A stretch of 64,000 bases of DNA from Candidatus Micrarchaeia archaeon (GTDB lineage: Archaea > Micrarchaeota > Micrarchaeia > Norongarragalinales > CAINOH01), in the NCBI GenBank assembly GCA_041663565.1, contig JBAYMJ010000003.1, positions 4,188-68,187 on the forward strand. The letters are read 5' to 3'. The position numbers and the translations under genes are program-made. Below the pieces are notes generated by a model. The model ran no database searches and was not told where the DNA came from. It saw only the letters and a program-made list of their open reading frames with translations. This document shows positions 8,423 through 17,205 of this stretch, one piece after another (position 1 is the first letter of the stretch; every line of letters begins with the position of its first letter).

Positions 8423-8821
8423 CTATGCAGTTTCTACTGTTCCTTTATTCGCATCCACTTTGACTTTCATCCCAGTCTTGATGTTCTCAACCGGGTTCTT
8501 GTCCAGCCGGTCAACCATCGGGATTTCCGAGATGATTGCGCCGACTGCAACTATTATCTCGGATTCCAAGTTTATTATCGCAGTGGGGGCAACTCCGTTC
8601 TTCTTAAGCTGGTAAATCACGTAGGTGCCCACTGTCGAGCCCTTGCCCCTTGGGATTACGAGGACTTTTCCCGCCACGCTCTTTCCAAACAGCGGGTTGG
8701 TCCTGTCTATGACCTTGCCTGTCTTGGGGTCAACTCCGCCGAGGAAGGAAATCGCTTCCGTGCCAACCAGGGCTTCTCCCGTTGCCTTTCCCTTTGAGAT
8801 GGTCCTTCCGTGAAAAATCAT
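8423..8821 (-). CDS. Aconitase X swivel-domain protein (phosphomevalonate dehydratase small subunit, DUF126)
   Basis: 132 aa. GRTISKGKATGEALV...ISFLGGVDPKTGKV...GKVLVIPRGKGSTVG matches the AcnX small-subunit pattern. Confidence 0.75.
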   Translation of the reverse strand: MIFHGRTISKGKATGEALVGTEAISFLGGVDPKTGKVIDRTNPLFGKSVAGKVLVIPRGKGSTVGTYVIYQLKKNGVAPTAIINLESEIIVAVGAIISEIPMVDRLDKNPVENIKTGMKVKVDANKGTVETA

Positions 8822-8839
8822 AGAATCATCGTTTGATTA

Positions 8840-10033
8840 TCAAAGCAATTCTTCAATGTCTGCAAATTTTACTCTCTGGCCGCACAACGAGGGCAAGTAA
8901 GTAGCCGCCTTCCCCGAGTTCACTGCGGTTGACTTGAAGCCCATTTCCTCAAGGGGCGCGACCACCATGCAGGTGTCGGCAACCACGAGACCGCCGGCTT
9001 TTTCGATTGTCGCGGAGTAGCCGATGCGGTCGGACTGCTCCTTTGTCTTGCGGGAAGTACAGACCCAGAGCTTCATCGCAAGCGGCTTTCCAGCCGGCCT
9101 CGCTTCCAATTTCTTTGCAATCTCCTTTATTTCGTCAATCGAGCAGTGCGGGCAGCCGATTGCAACCAGGCCTACTGCACCTTTTTCGCTCTGCATTGCG
9201 GCCTTCTGCTCGTCAATCAGGTCTTGGGAAACCTCGACGGTCTCGATGGGCACGCCCTTTTGCACGTTCCATTCGGGGGTGACGTCCTTTGCAAAGTAAA
9301 GCGCGACAGAACCGGTTGCGGCCATCGCGGCTCCAAGGGACTTCATGCGCACCTCGGTCGCGTTTTCACGCCGGATTCCGATGAACGCGGGGACGCGGTC
9401 CTTCGCAATCTTGCCGACTATCGCGCCAAGTGCGCCGAAGTCGGTCATTTTTTCCATCTTTGCAGTTACTGCGACCACGAACCCCGCCTTGCGGTTCCCT
9501 TCAAGGTGAAGGCCGAAATTCGGGGTCTTGCCTATTATTGCGGATGCGAGTGCGGATACTGCGCTTTCGCGGTTGGTGCGGCCGCCAAGCATCGAGTTTG
9601 CAAAAGAGATTGCGTTGGACTCGCTCCAGGCGACGTGCTCGCCGAGTTTGGGCCGTATGCCTATGTGGTAGGGCGCACAGGTGCAGGTCGGCGAGATGCC
9701 CATCTTGGTGTAAGCATCCATAATCGCAAGCTGCTTTTTTGCAAACGCGGCTGGCACGCCCATCTTCTTCCAGTCCTTCAGGTCCATCCCCGCGGGATTG
9801 AGGTAGGCGGGAATCGACGCCTTCGCGCCCTTCTTTGCAAAATCGGAAAGGAACTCCAAGCCCGCATCGCCTATGGTCTTGTAGCTTACCCCGGCAACCT
9901 GCGCGCTCGTGACCGGGATGAGCTTGTCAGCGCCATAGATGTTTCCTACTGCCTGCAGTATGGCCATCGCCTTTGCTGCGGCCTCGCCGCCCTCGCCGTC
10001 AAGTATTTCCTGCTCGGATTTTGAAAGTTCCAT
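8840..10033 (-). CDS. Aconitase X catalytic-domain protein (phosphomevalonate dehydratase large subunit, DUF521)
   Basis: Start trimmed to the ATG at 10033 (MELSKSEQEILDGEGGEAAAKAMAIL...). The longer ORF-track version (to 10345) overlaps the UbiD-like gene and has an Arg-rich nonsense N-terminus. Confidence 0.75.
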   Translation of the reverse strand: MELSKSEQEILDGEGGEAAAKAMAILQAVGNIYGADKLIPVTSAQVAGVSYKTIGDAGLEFLSDFAKKGAKASIPAYLNPAGMDLKDWKKMGVPAAFAKKQLAIMDAYTKMGISPTCTCAPYHIGIRPKLGEHVAWSESNAISFANSMLGGRTNRESAVSALASAIIGKTPNFGLHLEGNRKAGFVVAVTAKMEKMTDFGALGAIVGKIAKDRVPAFIGIRRENATEVRMKSLGAAMAATGSVALYFAKDVTPEWNVQKGVPIETVEVSQDLIDEQKAAMQSEKGAVGLVAIGCPHCSIDEIKEIAKKLEARPAGKPLAMKLWVCTSRKTKEQSDRIGYSATIEKAGGLVVADTCMVVAPLEEMGFKSTAVNSGKAATYLPSLCGQRVKFADIEELL

Positions 10034-10082
10034 TGGTTTTGCCTTTTGCGAATTTGAAACGTAGTGCCTAACTTGGTTGAAT

Positions 10083-11432
10083 TTACTTGAATTTGCTTGC
10101 GTCAACTTTCTTGTAGTCAAGTCGCTTGAACTTTTCAACCGGCTTCTTGGGGTCTGAAAGCGGTATCGTCGCATCAAGGCCCATCTTCGCAACCCGCGCC
10201 TTCTCATGCGGCGGCTTGTCAGCCATCGGGTCAAGAGAGGACGAGGGCTGGTCCTTGAACACGTAAAGCCGCGAGTCAGCGCGGAAGCGCGTCGCAATCG
10301 CCCACTCCACAGCCTGTGGGTTGCCGATGTCGATGTCCTCGTCAACGATTACGCAGTGCTTGAGCGAAGTGTGGCCCCGAAACGCCGCTTCGATTGCCTT
10401 TTTCGGCTCGTCGTCGCTTTTTTTCTTGATTTGCACGATTGCGTGGAACCACGAGCACCCGCCGTTCGTGAGCACCACGTCCCTGCACTCGCACACCTTG
10501 GACACTTCGCGAAGTATTGTCGGCTCGCGGGGCATTCCCATCAGGTTCTTGTGCTCCGCCATTCCCGGCAGAAGCGTCTGGTAAATCGCGTCCTTGCGGT
10601 GCGTGATGCAGTCGATTACCACAACCGGCTGCTTTCGGAGTATGTCGTTGGTCTCGGTAAGGTCAACGAACGGCCCCTCGTTGGTATCATCGAGGGTGAT
10701 GCGGCCTTCTAGCACGAACTCGCTTTCAGCTGGCACCAGCAAGTCCTTGGTCTTGCATCTCACCATCGGCGTCTCGTCAAGCGCGTTCGCAATCGCCATC
10801 TCGTCAACGCCTGTTGGCGCGGAGATTGCAGCAGCAAGCATCACTGCTGTTGAGTTTCCAATGCAGAACGCGACCTCGAGCTCCTTGCCCTGGGCCTTGA
10901 GCTTCTGGTAGGTGTTGTAAGTCTGGCGCTGCTCAACAAGGCGCAAGGTGAACTTGTCCTTTCCTATTTGCATCATGCGGTGGTAGCATGCGTTCGGCCC
11001 GGTGTCGGGGTCTCTGATTATTGCGATTGCGGAGGTTACGTAACGGCCGCCGTCTGATGGGAAATAGCGAAGAATCGGTATTGAGTCGAGGTCGACTTTG
11101 GGTTCGACGACTTCCTGGCAGGGCGCGACGCCATCCTTGGCAGTAAGCACCTTGGATTTCTTCGGGGCATCAATTGCCTTTGCAAGCGTGGGAACCAACT
11201 TTTGCGGGGAGATGCCGAGGGCGTCCGCGACTAGCTTGCGCGAGGAAACCAGGCCGGCTGCGACGCGGAACATCTTGCCTGAGACATTTTCGAAGATTAC
11301 GGGCTTCTCTCCAAGGGCGTTGACTAATGCGGCCGCTTCCAAGTCCTGCGAAACTGGCTTCGTGATCTTTTTGAGCTTGCCTTTGCGTTCAAGCTCGGAA
11401 ATGAATGCGCGGAGGTTCATTTGGAGTCCCAC
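10083..11432 (-). CDS. UbiD-family decarboxylase (candidate trans-anhydromevalonate-5-phosphate decarboxylase)
   Basis: 449 aa. UbiD-like N-terminus LRAFISELERKGKLKKITKPVS. It overlaps ubiX by 16 nt and is flanked by AcnX and UbiX. Confidence 0.75.
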   Translation of the reverse strand: MGLQMNLRAFISELERKGKLKKITKPVSQDLEAAALVNALGEKPVIFENVSGKMFRVAAGLVSSRKLVADALGISPQKLVPTLAKAIDAPKKSKVLTAKDGVAPCQEVVEPKVDLDSIPILRYFPSDGGRYVTSAIAIIRDPDTGPNACYHRMMQIGKDKFTLRLVEQRQTYNTYQKLKAQGKELEVAFCIGNSTAVMLAAAISAPTGVDEMAIANALDETPMVRCKTKDLLVPAESEFVLEGRITLDDTNEGPFVDLTETNDILRKQPVVVIDCITHRKDAIYQTLLPGMAEHKNLMGMPREPTILREVSKVCECRDVVLTNGGCSWFHAIVQIKKKSDDEPKKAIEAAFRGHTSLKHCVIVDEDIDIGNPQAVEWAIATRFRADSRLYVFKDQPSSSLDPMADKPPHEKARVAKMGLDATIPLSDPKKPVEKFKRLDYKKVDASKFK

Positions 11433-11983
11433 CTCTTGTAAAGCGTGCTCTTTATCCCTATTGAGTCAAGCACCTTGCCGACTATAAAGTTGATTATGTC
11501 ATCCAGGTCCTTGGGCTCGTTGTAGAACGCCGGCTGGGGAGGCATGATTACCGCGCCTGCAAGCGAGAGGCGGTACATGTTCTCCAATTGGATTGTGGAA
11601 ATCGGCATCTCGCGGGGCAGGATGACCAGCTTTTTCCTTTCTTTCAATGCAACTTCCGCGCCCCGCGTAATCAAGTTGTGTGAGTAGCCGTGCGCTATTG
11701 CCGCAAGCGTCTTCATCGAGCAGGGGCAGACTATGAAAGCATCTGGTGCGTTGGAGCCGGAGGCGAATGGAGCAAAGACTGCATCTTCGTCCCATACTTT
11801 GGCGCATTTTGCCAGTGACGCCATCGTCTTTTTCCTTCCTGCCATCTCGTAGTCCATGACCAGCTTGGCGCCGTCGCTTACTACTATGTCAAGCTGCACG
11901 CCCTTTTGCCTGGAAAGCTCCTGGCACAGCCGCACGCCGTATGCGATTCCCGATGCGCCGGTTATGGCAACCACTACTTTCAT
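11417..11983 (-). CDS. ubiX: UbiX-type flavin prenyltransferase
   Basis: MKVVVAITGASGIAYGVRL..., 188 aa. Typical UbiX/Pad1 flavoprotein. Confidence 0.85.
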   Translation of the reverse strand: MKVVVAITGASGIAYGVRLCQELSRQKGVQLDIVVSDGAKLVMDYEMAGRKKTMASLAKCAKVWDEDAVFAPFASGSNAPDAFIVCPCSMKTLAAIAHGYSHNLITRGAEVALKERKKLVILPREMPISTIQLENMYRLSLAGAVIMPPQPAFYNEPKDLDDIINFIVGKVLDSIGIKSTLYKRWDSK

Positions 11984-12217
11984 GAGAAAATCGTCCCTGA
12001 ATATAGGAATGAAACCGAGATTATTAATTGCCTATCCGATGCGTCAGGCGACGAAGAAAGGTATTACGTTTTGTGAGGAAAAGCCAAAGGAAAAAAACCG
12101 GAAAGCTGCGATTGTAGTGCCTACGATTATCCAATATCTTCTAAGTTGGTTCGGCACTACATTCTTGGTTTGGCTTGAAGAGAAATAGCAAAAAAAGAAG
12201 AAGATGGCTGGAAGTTA

Positions 12218-13669
12218 CTACTTGCAACAGCGGAACCCGACGTTCCCGTCGCTGTCCGACGGCGCGTAGTGCAAGTACAGGGCAAAGGAGCCCGCCCATG
12301 CCCCACCGGCACAGTACCCGCCGCGGGTGAACGCGTGAACATTCCCACCATCCGATGCAGTACCCGGGTCAGAATACAAGCGCCCAACGCCATTATTTTG
12401 ATTCCAAGACGAAACCGGCAAACGACTCCAACTCGCGGACATGAAATTCGTAACCGAGGAATACTCAACCCAACCAGTACAAGGCACCGGCATCGTCCCA
12501 CTGCTGCAAGCCGTACTCATAATCGTGCCGTCCGTCCACTCCCACACGTTGCCCGACAAGTCCCAAACCGCGTCACCAGTAGAAAGGGACATCGTCCGCC
12601 TCTGCTCCTTGCCATAACCCGCGCCCGTAGTGAACGGGCAGGAAAAACTGTTCGCCGCACTGTTGCCGGTGCCGCTGTAAGGGTCGTCGTCAGTGGAAGC
12701 AGCCAACACACCCGAGGGGTCGTTGTCCGTGTGCCCGCCGTACAAGCAACCACTTCCAACAACGCCGCTCTGCCAGTTGGAAGCAACGTTCGCAACGTTA
12801 TTCGCAACCACATTCCACTCGCGGTCACGAATCAAATGATACCCCGAACCGAGGGCGGAGCAACGACTGGAAGCATAAGTATGGTTGATGCTCCTCCAAG
12901 GCACCAAAACCGCCTGCGAAGTGGCCGTGCCGCTGACGTTCTTGGCCTCGTACTTCATCATGCAAAAATCATTCACAAGAAACGAAGAATTGCCCGGCAC
13001 CTTCACCCAATTGGCGTCGCAGGCTTTTGTTCCGCACGAGGTGACAATCGGCTTGTCGCCCTTGAGGATAAGATTGGTTACGCCCGAACCGCCAAGGGAA
13101 TAAGCGAACTGGACGCTGGAGATTTCAACGCCGGTTTTCCCGGCGCAGTCAATCACGTTACCTACGCCAGAAACCGCGCCTTGAGCAGCGACATAAGCGG
13201 ATTCCCCGGGACCCAACATCAAAGCACAAGTCATCGACGGAGCCGAAAAATTGTCATACGGACGCGAACAATACGCTGCGCCATAGTAGTCGCCTGCGTT
13301 GTAAGGGTAAATTGGAAGGTCGGTGCCACCGACATTAATGCCATCCAAACGGATGGTGAACGTGCCCGTATTCTGCAAGCCAAGAACGAGGTTCGAGTCA
13401 ACAACCTTGGAAGACAAAACCTTAATCGGCGACAATGAAGACCAATACGCCTGCGACTGCTGCTGCTTAATCGAAGCCTGCGAAGACGGAAAGGAATACA
13501 TCGCGCTTACGACAACAATCGAAACCAAAAGGACGGCGCCAAGAACGACCAAGTATTCAGTCGCGCCCTGGCCTTTGCGCGGACCGCCCGTGTTTTGGCC
13601 GCGAAGAATTCCGCGAAAACGGGACAGTAAACGTCCGAAAGCCATACGACAAAGTAAGGGCAGCCGCAA
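12218..13669 (-). CDS. Prepilin-like (class III signal peptide) protein with a C-terminal FGE/SUMF1 (C-type-lectin-fold) domain
   Basis: N-terminus ...PRKGQGATEYLVVLGAVLLVSIVVV is an archaeal pilin-type signal. FGE-domain motifs present: FCMMKYEAK, GYHLIRDREW, VWDLSGNVWEWTDG, RGGY...GFRCCK at the very C-terminus. Confidence 0.7.
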   Translation of the reverse strand: MRLPLLCRMAFGRLLSRFRGILRGQNTGGPRKGQGATEYLVVLGAVLLVSIVVVSAMYSFPSSQASIKQQQSQAYWSSLSPIKVLSSKVVDSNLVLGLQNTGTFTIRLDGINVGGTDLPIYPYNAGDYYGAAYCSRPYDNFSAPSMTCALMLGPGESAYVAAQGAVSGVGNVIDCAGKTGVEISSVQFAYSLGGSGVTNLILKGDKPIVTSCGTKACDANWVKVPGNSSFLVNDFCMMKYEAKNVSGTATSQAVLVPWRSINHTYASSRCSALGSGYHLIRDREWNVVANNVANVASNWQSGVVGSGCLYGGHTDNDPSGVLAASTDDDPYSGTGNSAANSFSCPFTTGAGYGKEQRRTMSLSTGDAVWDLSGNVWEWTDGTIMSTACSSGTMPVPCTGWVEYSSVTNFMSASWSRLPVSSWNQNNGVGRLYSDPGTASDGGNVHAFTRGGYCAGGAWAGSFALYLHYAPSDSDGNVGFRCCK

Positions 13670-13732
13670 TTAAAACTTGCCGTTGCCTCGCCGGGACTGA
13701 CCGATAAATCATCGGACAGGCTCGCTGGAATC

Positions 13733-14218
13733 TCAGCCTTTCGCTGCTGTCGCCTTGGAGGCCTTGGCAGGCTTGTCGGCCTTTGCGGAAGGCGCCGGGG
13801 CGGAAGCTGAAGCGGAGTCCTCAATCAGGGCGAACTTGTAGCCGTACGAGATTGCACTCTCCTCGTCGTCGTCGCCTACCCTGCGGAAGCGCATCGTAAC
13901 GCGCGAGCCTATCTTGATTTTTTCCATCGGGCAGTCGACTATCTGCGCAAGAATCTTTACTTTGTTGTCAAGCTCGATTATTGCAAGCGGGTAGGGCGAC
14001 TCGAACTCGAAACCCGATGGCGGCGCCGAGACTTCGGTGAACGAGTAGATGGTGCCGGTTGGGGGCATCCTCTTTTCGGAGACTTTTCCAAGGCGCCTGC
14101 AGTTGGGGCAAATCTGGCGGAACGGGAAGAAGTCGTTCTTGCACGTGCTGCAGTGCGAGCCCATTATGTAGTACTTCTCCGGAATCATTCTCCATATGAG
14201 CGGTAACGGGTGTTTCAT
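13733..14218 (-). CDS. DUF35 OB-fold/zinc-ribbon protein (scaffold of the archaeal thiolase-HMGCS complex)
   Basis: Zn-ribbon CSTCKNDFFPFRQICPNC followed by an OB-fold region, directly downstream of thiolase. It has an Ala/Lys/Ser-rich C-terminal tail. Confidence 0.8.
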   Translation of the reverse strand: MKHPLPLIWRMIPEKYYIMGSHCSTCKNDFFPFRQICPNCRRLGKVSEKRMPPTGTIYSFTEVSAPPSGFEFESPYPLAIIELDNKVKILAQIVDCPMEKIKIGSRVTMRFRRVGDDDEESAISYGYKFALIEDSASASAPAPSAKADKPAKASKATAAKG

Positions 14219-14253
14219 GTTTCAGTTCACCATCAATCGTAAGTAAAACTTCT

Positions 14254-15423
14254 TCAAAGCCTCTTGTAGATGTTGACTACTGCAGTTGCGCCGCTTCCGC
14301 CCACGTTGTGGGTCATGCCGATTTCGGCGTCGTTTACCTGGCGCTTGTCCGCCCGGCCCTGCAACTGCCACATGATTTCAACAGCCTGCTTGATGCCAGT
14401 AGCGCCGACGGGGTGGCCGGTTGCCTTGAGCCCGCCGCTTGTGTTGATTGAGATTTCGGAGTTGAGCGCAGTCAGGCCCTCAAGCGACGCGGGGCCGCCT
14501 TTTCCCTTCTCAAAGAACCCCAAGTCCTCGATTGCCATTATTTCCGCAATCGAGAAGCAGTCGTGGACTTCGGCGACGTCTATGTCCTTTGGCGTGAGCC
14601 TGGCGTGCCGGTAAGCATCGGCTGCAGCGACCTTGGTTGCGTGCAGCTCGGTCATGCAGTGCCTGTTTGAAAGCGAAATCGTGTCCGAGGCCTGCGAGCT
14701 TGCGATTATCTCAACCGGGTCCTTGCGGAACTTCTTGGCCTTTTCGGAAGCGCAGAGGATTACCGCTGCTGCGCCGTCAGTAATCGGCGAGCAGTCCAAA
14801 AGCTTGAGGGGGGATGCGATGTATCCTGAATTCATTACGTCCTCAATCGTGATTTCGTTGCGGTACTGCGCGTAAATGTTGTGAACCGCGTTCTTGTGGT
14901 TCTTCACCGAGCACGACGCCATCATCTCCTCGGTGGTGCCGTACTCGAGCATGTGCCGCCGCGCCATGAGCGCGTAAAGAGCAGGGAAAGTGGCTCCGAA
15001 GAAGAGCTCGTGCTCCATGTCGCCAGCGCCTCCGAGCGCTATTGCGACGTCTGCAGAGTCGAAGTCTGTCATCTTTTCGACTCCGCCTACGGCGACAACA
15101 TCATACATGCCACTTGCAACTGCAAGAAACCCCGCGCGAAGCGCGACTCCGCCCGATGCGCAGGCTGCCTCGCAGCGGGTTGCCGGAATCGGGTTCAGGC
15201 CGAGGAAGTCCGCAAAGAGCGCGCCGACGTGCTCCTGGCCGACCAGCCGGCCGGATGACATGCACCCGCCGTAGATGGCCTGGATTTCGCGGCCCTCTAT
15301 TCCTGCGTCTATGACTGCGGCAGTGCCTGCCTCTACCACGAGGTCGCGGAAGCTCTTGTCCCAGCGCTCGCCGAACTTGGAAAGCCCGCCGCCGATTATT
15401 GAAACGCCTCTCATGAAAATCAC
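14254..15423 (-). CDS. Acetyl-CoA acetyltransferase (archaeal thiolase); ATG likely at 15414
   Basis: MRGVSIIGGGLSKFG..., active-site context CEAACASGG, and C-terminal GGSGATAVV. Confidence 0.85.
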   Translation of the reverse strand: MIFMRGVSIIGGGLSKFGERWDKSFRDLVVEAGTAAVIDAGIEGREIQAIYGGCMSSGRLVGQEHVGALFADFLGLNPIPATRCEAACASGGVALRAGFLAVASGMYDVVAVGGVEKMTDFDSADVAIALGGAGDMEHELFFGATFPALYALMARRHMLEYGTTEEMMASCSVKNHKNAVHNIYAQYRNEITIEDVMNSGYIASPLKLLDCSPITDGAAAVILCASEKAKKFRKDPVEIIASSQASDTISLSNRHCMTELHATKVAAADAYRHARLTPKDIDVAEVHDCFSIAEIMAIEDLGFFEKGKGGPASLEGLTALNSEISINTSGGLKATGHPVGATGIKQAVEIMWQLQGRADKRQVNDAEIGMTHNVGGSGATAVVNIYKRL

Positions 15424-15428
15424 CGGAA

Positions 15429-16496
15429 TTACATGCTCTTTATCTTGCGCCTGTGCTTGGCGTAAGTCGCGTAGTCCACGTACGTCTTGTTGTTGATAAG
15501 CTCGAAGAAGTGCCTCTCCTTGGGCGGCCGCTTCTGGTCAATAAGGTCGTTGACTGTGATTATGAACCCGTCCGAGCCCGCACCGCTTCCGTAGGATGTG
15601 ACCAGGATGCGCTGTCCGGGCTTTGCAACGTCAAGCACAGCTGAAAGCCCTATCATCGCCGCTCCGCTGTAGGTGTTGCCGATGAAGGGTGTGACCAGCG
15701 CGGGCTTGACCTGCGCCTCGGTAAACCCAAGCAGCTTTGCAACGCGAACCGGGAACTTGCCGTTGGGCTGGTGCGGCACGAAGTAGTCGAAGTCTGAGGG
15801 CTTGGTGCCCGTGCGCTTCATTATCTCTCTTGCGCACTCGCCGACGTGCTTGAAGTATGCCGGCTCCGCTGTGAAGCGCCCGGCGTGCATCGGGAATTCC
15901 GCGTGCGACCTGCGCCAGAAATCCGGCGTGTCTGTAGTGTAGGAATAGGTCTTCTCGATTGTCGCAATCTGCTCCTCCTTCTTGGAGGTGATTATGAATG
16001 CGGCTGCGCCCGCTCCTGCGGTCATCTCAAGGGCGTCGTTGGGCCTGCCTTGCGCGGCATCCGCGCCTATTGCCAAGCCTAGGTCAATCATTCCTGCGAT
16101 GCACTGGCCCATGCAGGCCTGTATCGCCGCAGTACCCGCCTTGCAGGCGAACTCGAAGTCAGCTGCAGTGAGGTGCGGGGTCGAACCAAGAGCCTCGGCT
16201 ACTATGGATGCTGTTGGCTTTACCGCGTATGGCTTGCTTTCGCTTCCCACGTAGGCGGCTTCAACTCGCTGCGGGTCGAGCTTGCAGTGCTCGAAAGCAC
16301 GGCGTGCAGCCTCGACTGCGAAAGTGGCCGAGTCCTCGTCAATCGCGCCTAGGGACTTTTCGTAGACCCCGAGGCCGCGCGCGGACTTGTCGCCGTCCTT
16401 TCCCCAGACCTTGGCGATTTCTGGAATCTTTATCCTCATGTAGGGCACGTATACGCCGTACCCGGCTATTCCTGCATGTACCATAAGCATCTGCAC
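15429..16496 (-). CDS. Hydroxymethylglutaryl-CoA synthase (archaeal type)
   Basis: [15 protein letters not shown]..., FACKAGTAA (catalytic Cys context), 355 aa. Gene order HMGCS-thiolase-DUF35. Confidence 0.85.
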   Translation of the reverse strand: MQMLMVHAGIAGYGVYVPYMRIKIPEIAKVWGKDGDKSARGLGVYEKSLGAIDEDSATFAVEAARRAFEHCKLDPQRVEAAYVGSESKPYAVKPTASIVAEALGSTPHLTAADFEFACKAGTAAIQACMGQCIAGMIDLGLAIGADAAQGRPNDALEMTAGAGAAAFIITSKKEEQIATIEKTYSYTTDTPDFWRRSHAEFPMHAGRFTAEPAYFKHVGECAREIMKRTGTKPSDFDYFVPHQPNGKFPVRVAKLLGFTEAQVKPALVTPFIGNTYSGAAMIGLSAVLDVAKPGQRILVTSYGSGAGSDGFIITVNDLIDQKRPPKERHFFELINNKTYVDYATYAKHRRKIKSM

Positions 16497-16647
16497 CGAT
16501 AAACGTCAACTTGACTCATTGACTTAAGTAGGTTGGTTTGAAATACTATTCGGCTGCCTGCCATTAAAAAAGCCGCCCCAAATCGTCAGGCAGCGAAGAT
16601 GCAAATCAATTAGAAGCTCCGGCTTTCCTAAACATCTAAGGGTAAAC

Positions 16648-17181
16648 ATGACACGCGCGCTGTTCATCGGAAGGTTCCAGCCCATACACGAGGGCCACCT
16701 TTCCGCAATCAAGGAAATCCTCTCGCAATACGACGAGGTGGCGATAATCGTGGGCTCCTCCCAGGAGAACCTCACCGGACGCAACCCGCTCACAACTGGC
16801 GAACGCATCGAGATGATTTACGCGGTCCTGCGGGCCAACGGCTTTGCAAGCCGCGCATACGTCATTCCCGTGCCGGACACCCCGGAATCTGGTTTGTGGC
16901 CAGCACGCGTGCTTTCCTATGCGCCCAAGGTTGACGCGGTCTTCACCGCAAATGACTACACGCAGAACCTGTTTTCGATTTACAACGGAAGCGTGCGCGA
17001 CGGCATCCGGATAATCAACCAGAAGGTGGTTGGAAAGATTTCCGCAACCGCAATACGCGACAAGATAATCAAGGGCGACGCGTCGTGGGAAAGGATGGTG
17101 CCAAAAGATGCGGTTGCATTCTTGAAAAAAAACAAGTTGGATGCAAGAATAAAGATTCTTGCGGATTCTTCCATTGGATAA
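16648..17181 (+). CDS. Nicotinamide-nucleotide adenylyltransferase (archaeal NMNAT)
   Basis: RALFIGRFQPIHEGHL nucleotidyltransferase motif and ISATAIRDKI. 177 aa. Confidence 0.85.
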   Translation: MTRALFIGRFQPIHEGHLSAIKEILSQYDEVAIIVGSSQENLTGRNPLTTGERIEMIYAVLRANGFASRAYVIPVPDTPESGLWPARVLSYAPKVDAVFTANDYTQNLFSIYNGSVRDGIRIINQKVVGKISATAIRDKIIKGDASWERMVPKDAVAFLKKNKLDARIKILADSSIG

Positions 17182-17205
17182 TCAGACATCAGGTAACTTT
17201 CAATC

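Noticed and set aside
10034-10345. N-terminal extensions of several ORF-track entries (8840..10345, 18964..20304, 42382..43875, 32970..33635, 52508..53401, 45241..46161)
   Set aside because: The extensions overlap the upstream gene in another frame, are Arg-rich nonsense, and precede internal ATGs that match the conserved protein N-termini. I trimmed the starts accordingly.
11984-12400. Diversity-generating retroelement (DGR) acting on the FGE/C-type-lectin-fold C-terminus of the pilin-like gene 12218..13669
   Set aside because: I compared the last ~180 nt of the gene with the adjacent 234-bp intergenic region and found no template-repeat-like copy. I also recognised no similar copy or reverse transcriptase ORF elsewhere in the 64 kb. 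The fold is DGR-typical, but there is no DGR evidence here. I kept it only as a check to run genome-wide.
12269-13438. Long antisense ORFs opposite real genes (for example 12269..13438 +, 17332..18351 -, 20874..21794 +, 22878..23876 +, 31811..32947 -, 42973..43614 +, 45307..46194 -)
   Set aside because: They are Arg/Ala/Pro/Gly-rich low-complexity translations with no motifs. Each lies fully inside a well-supported gene on the other strand. These are the shadow ORFs expected in GC-rich DNA.
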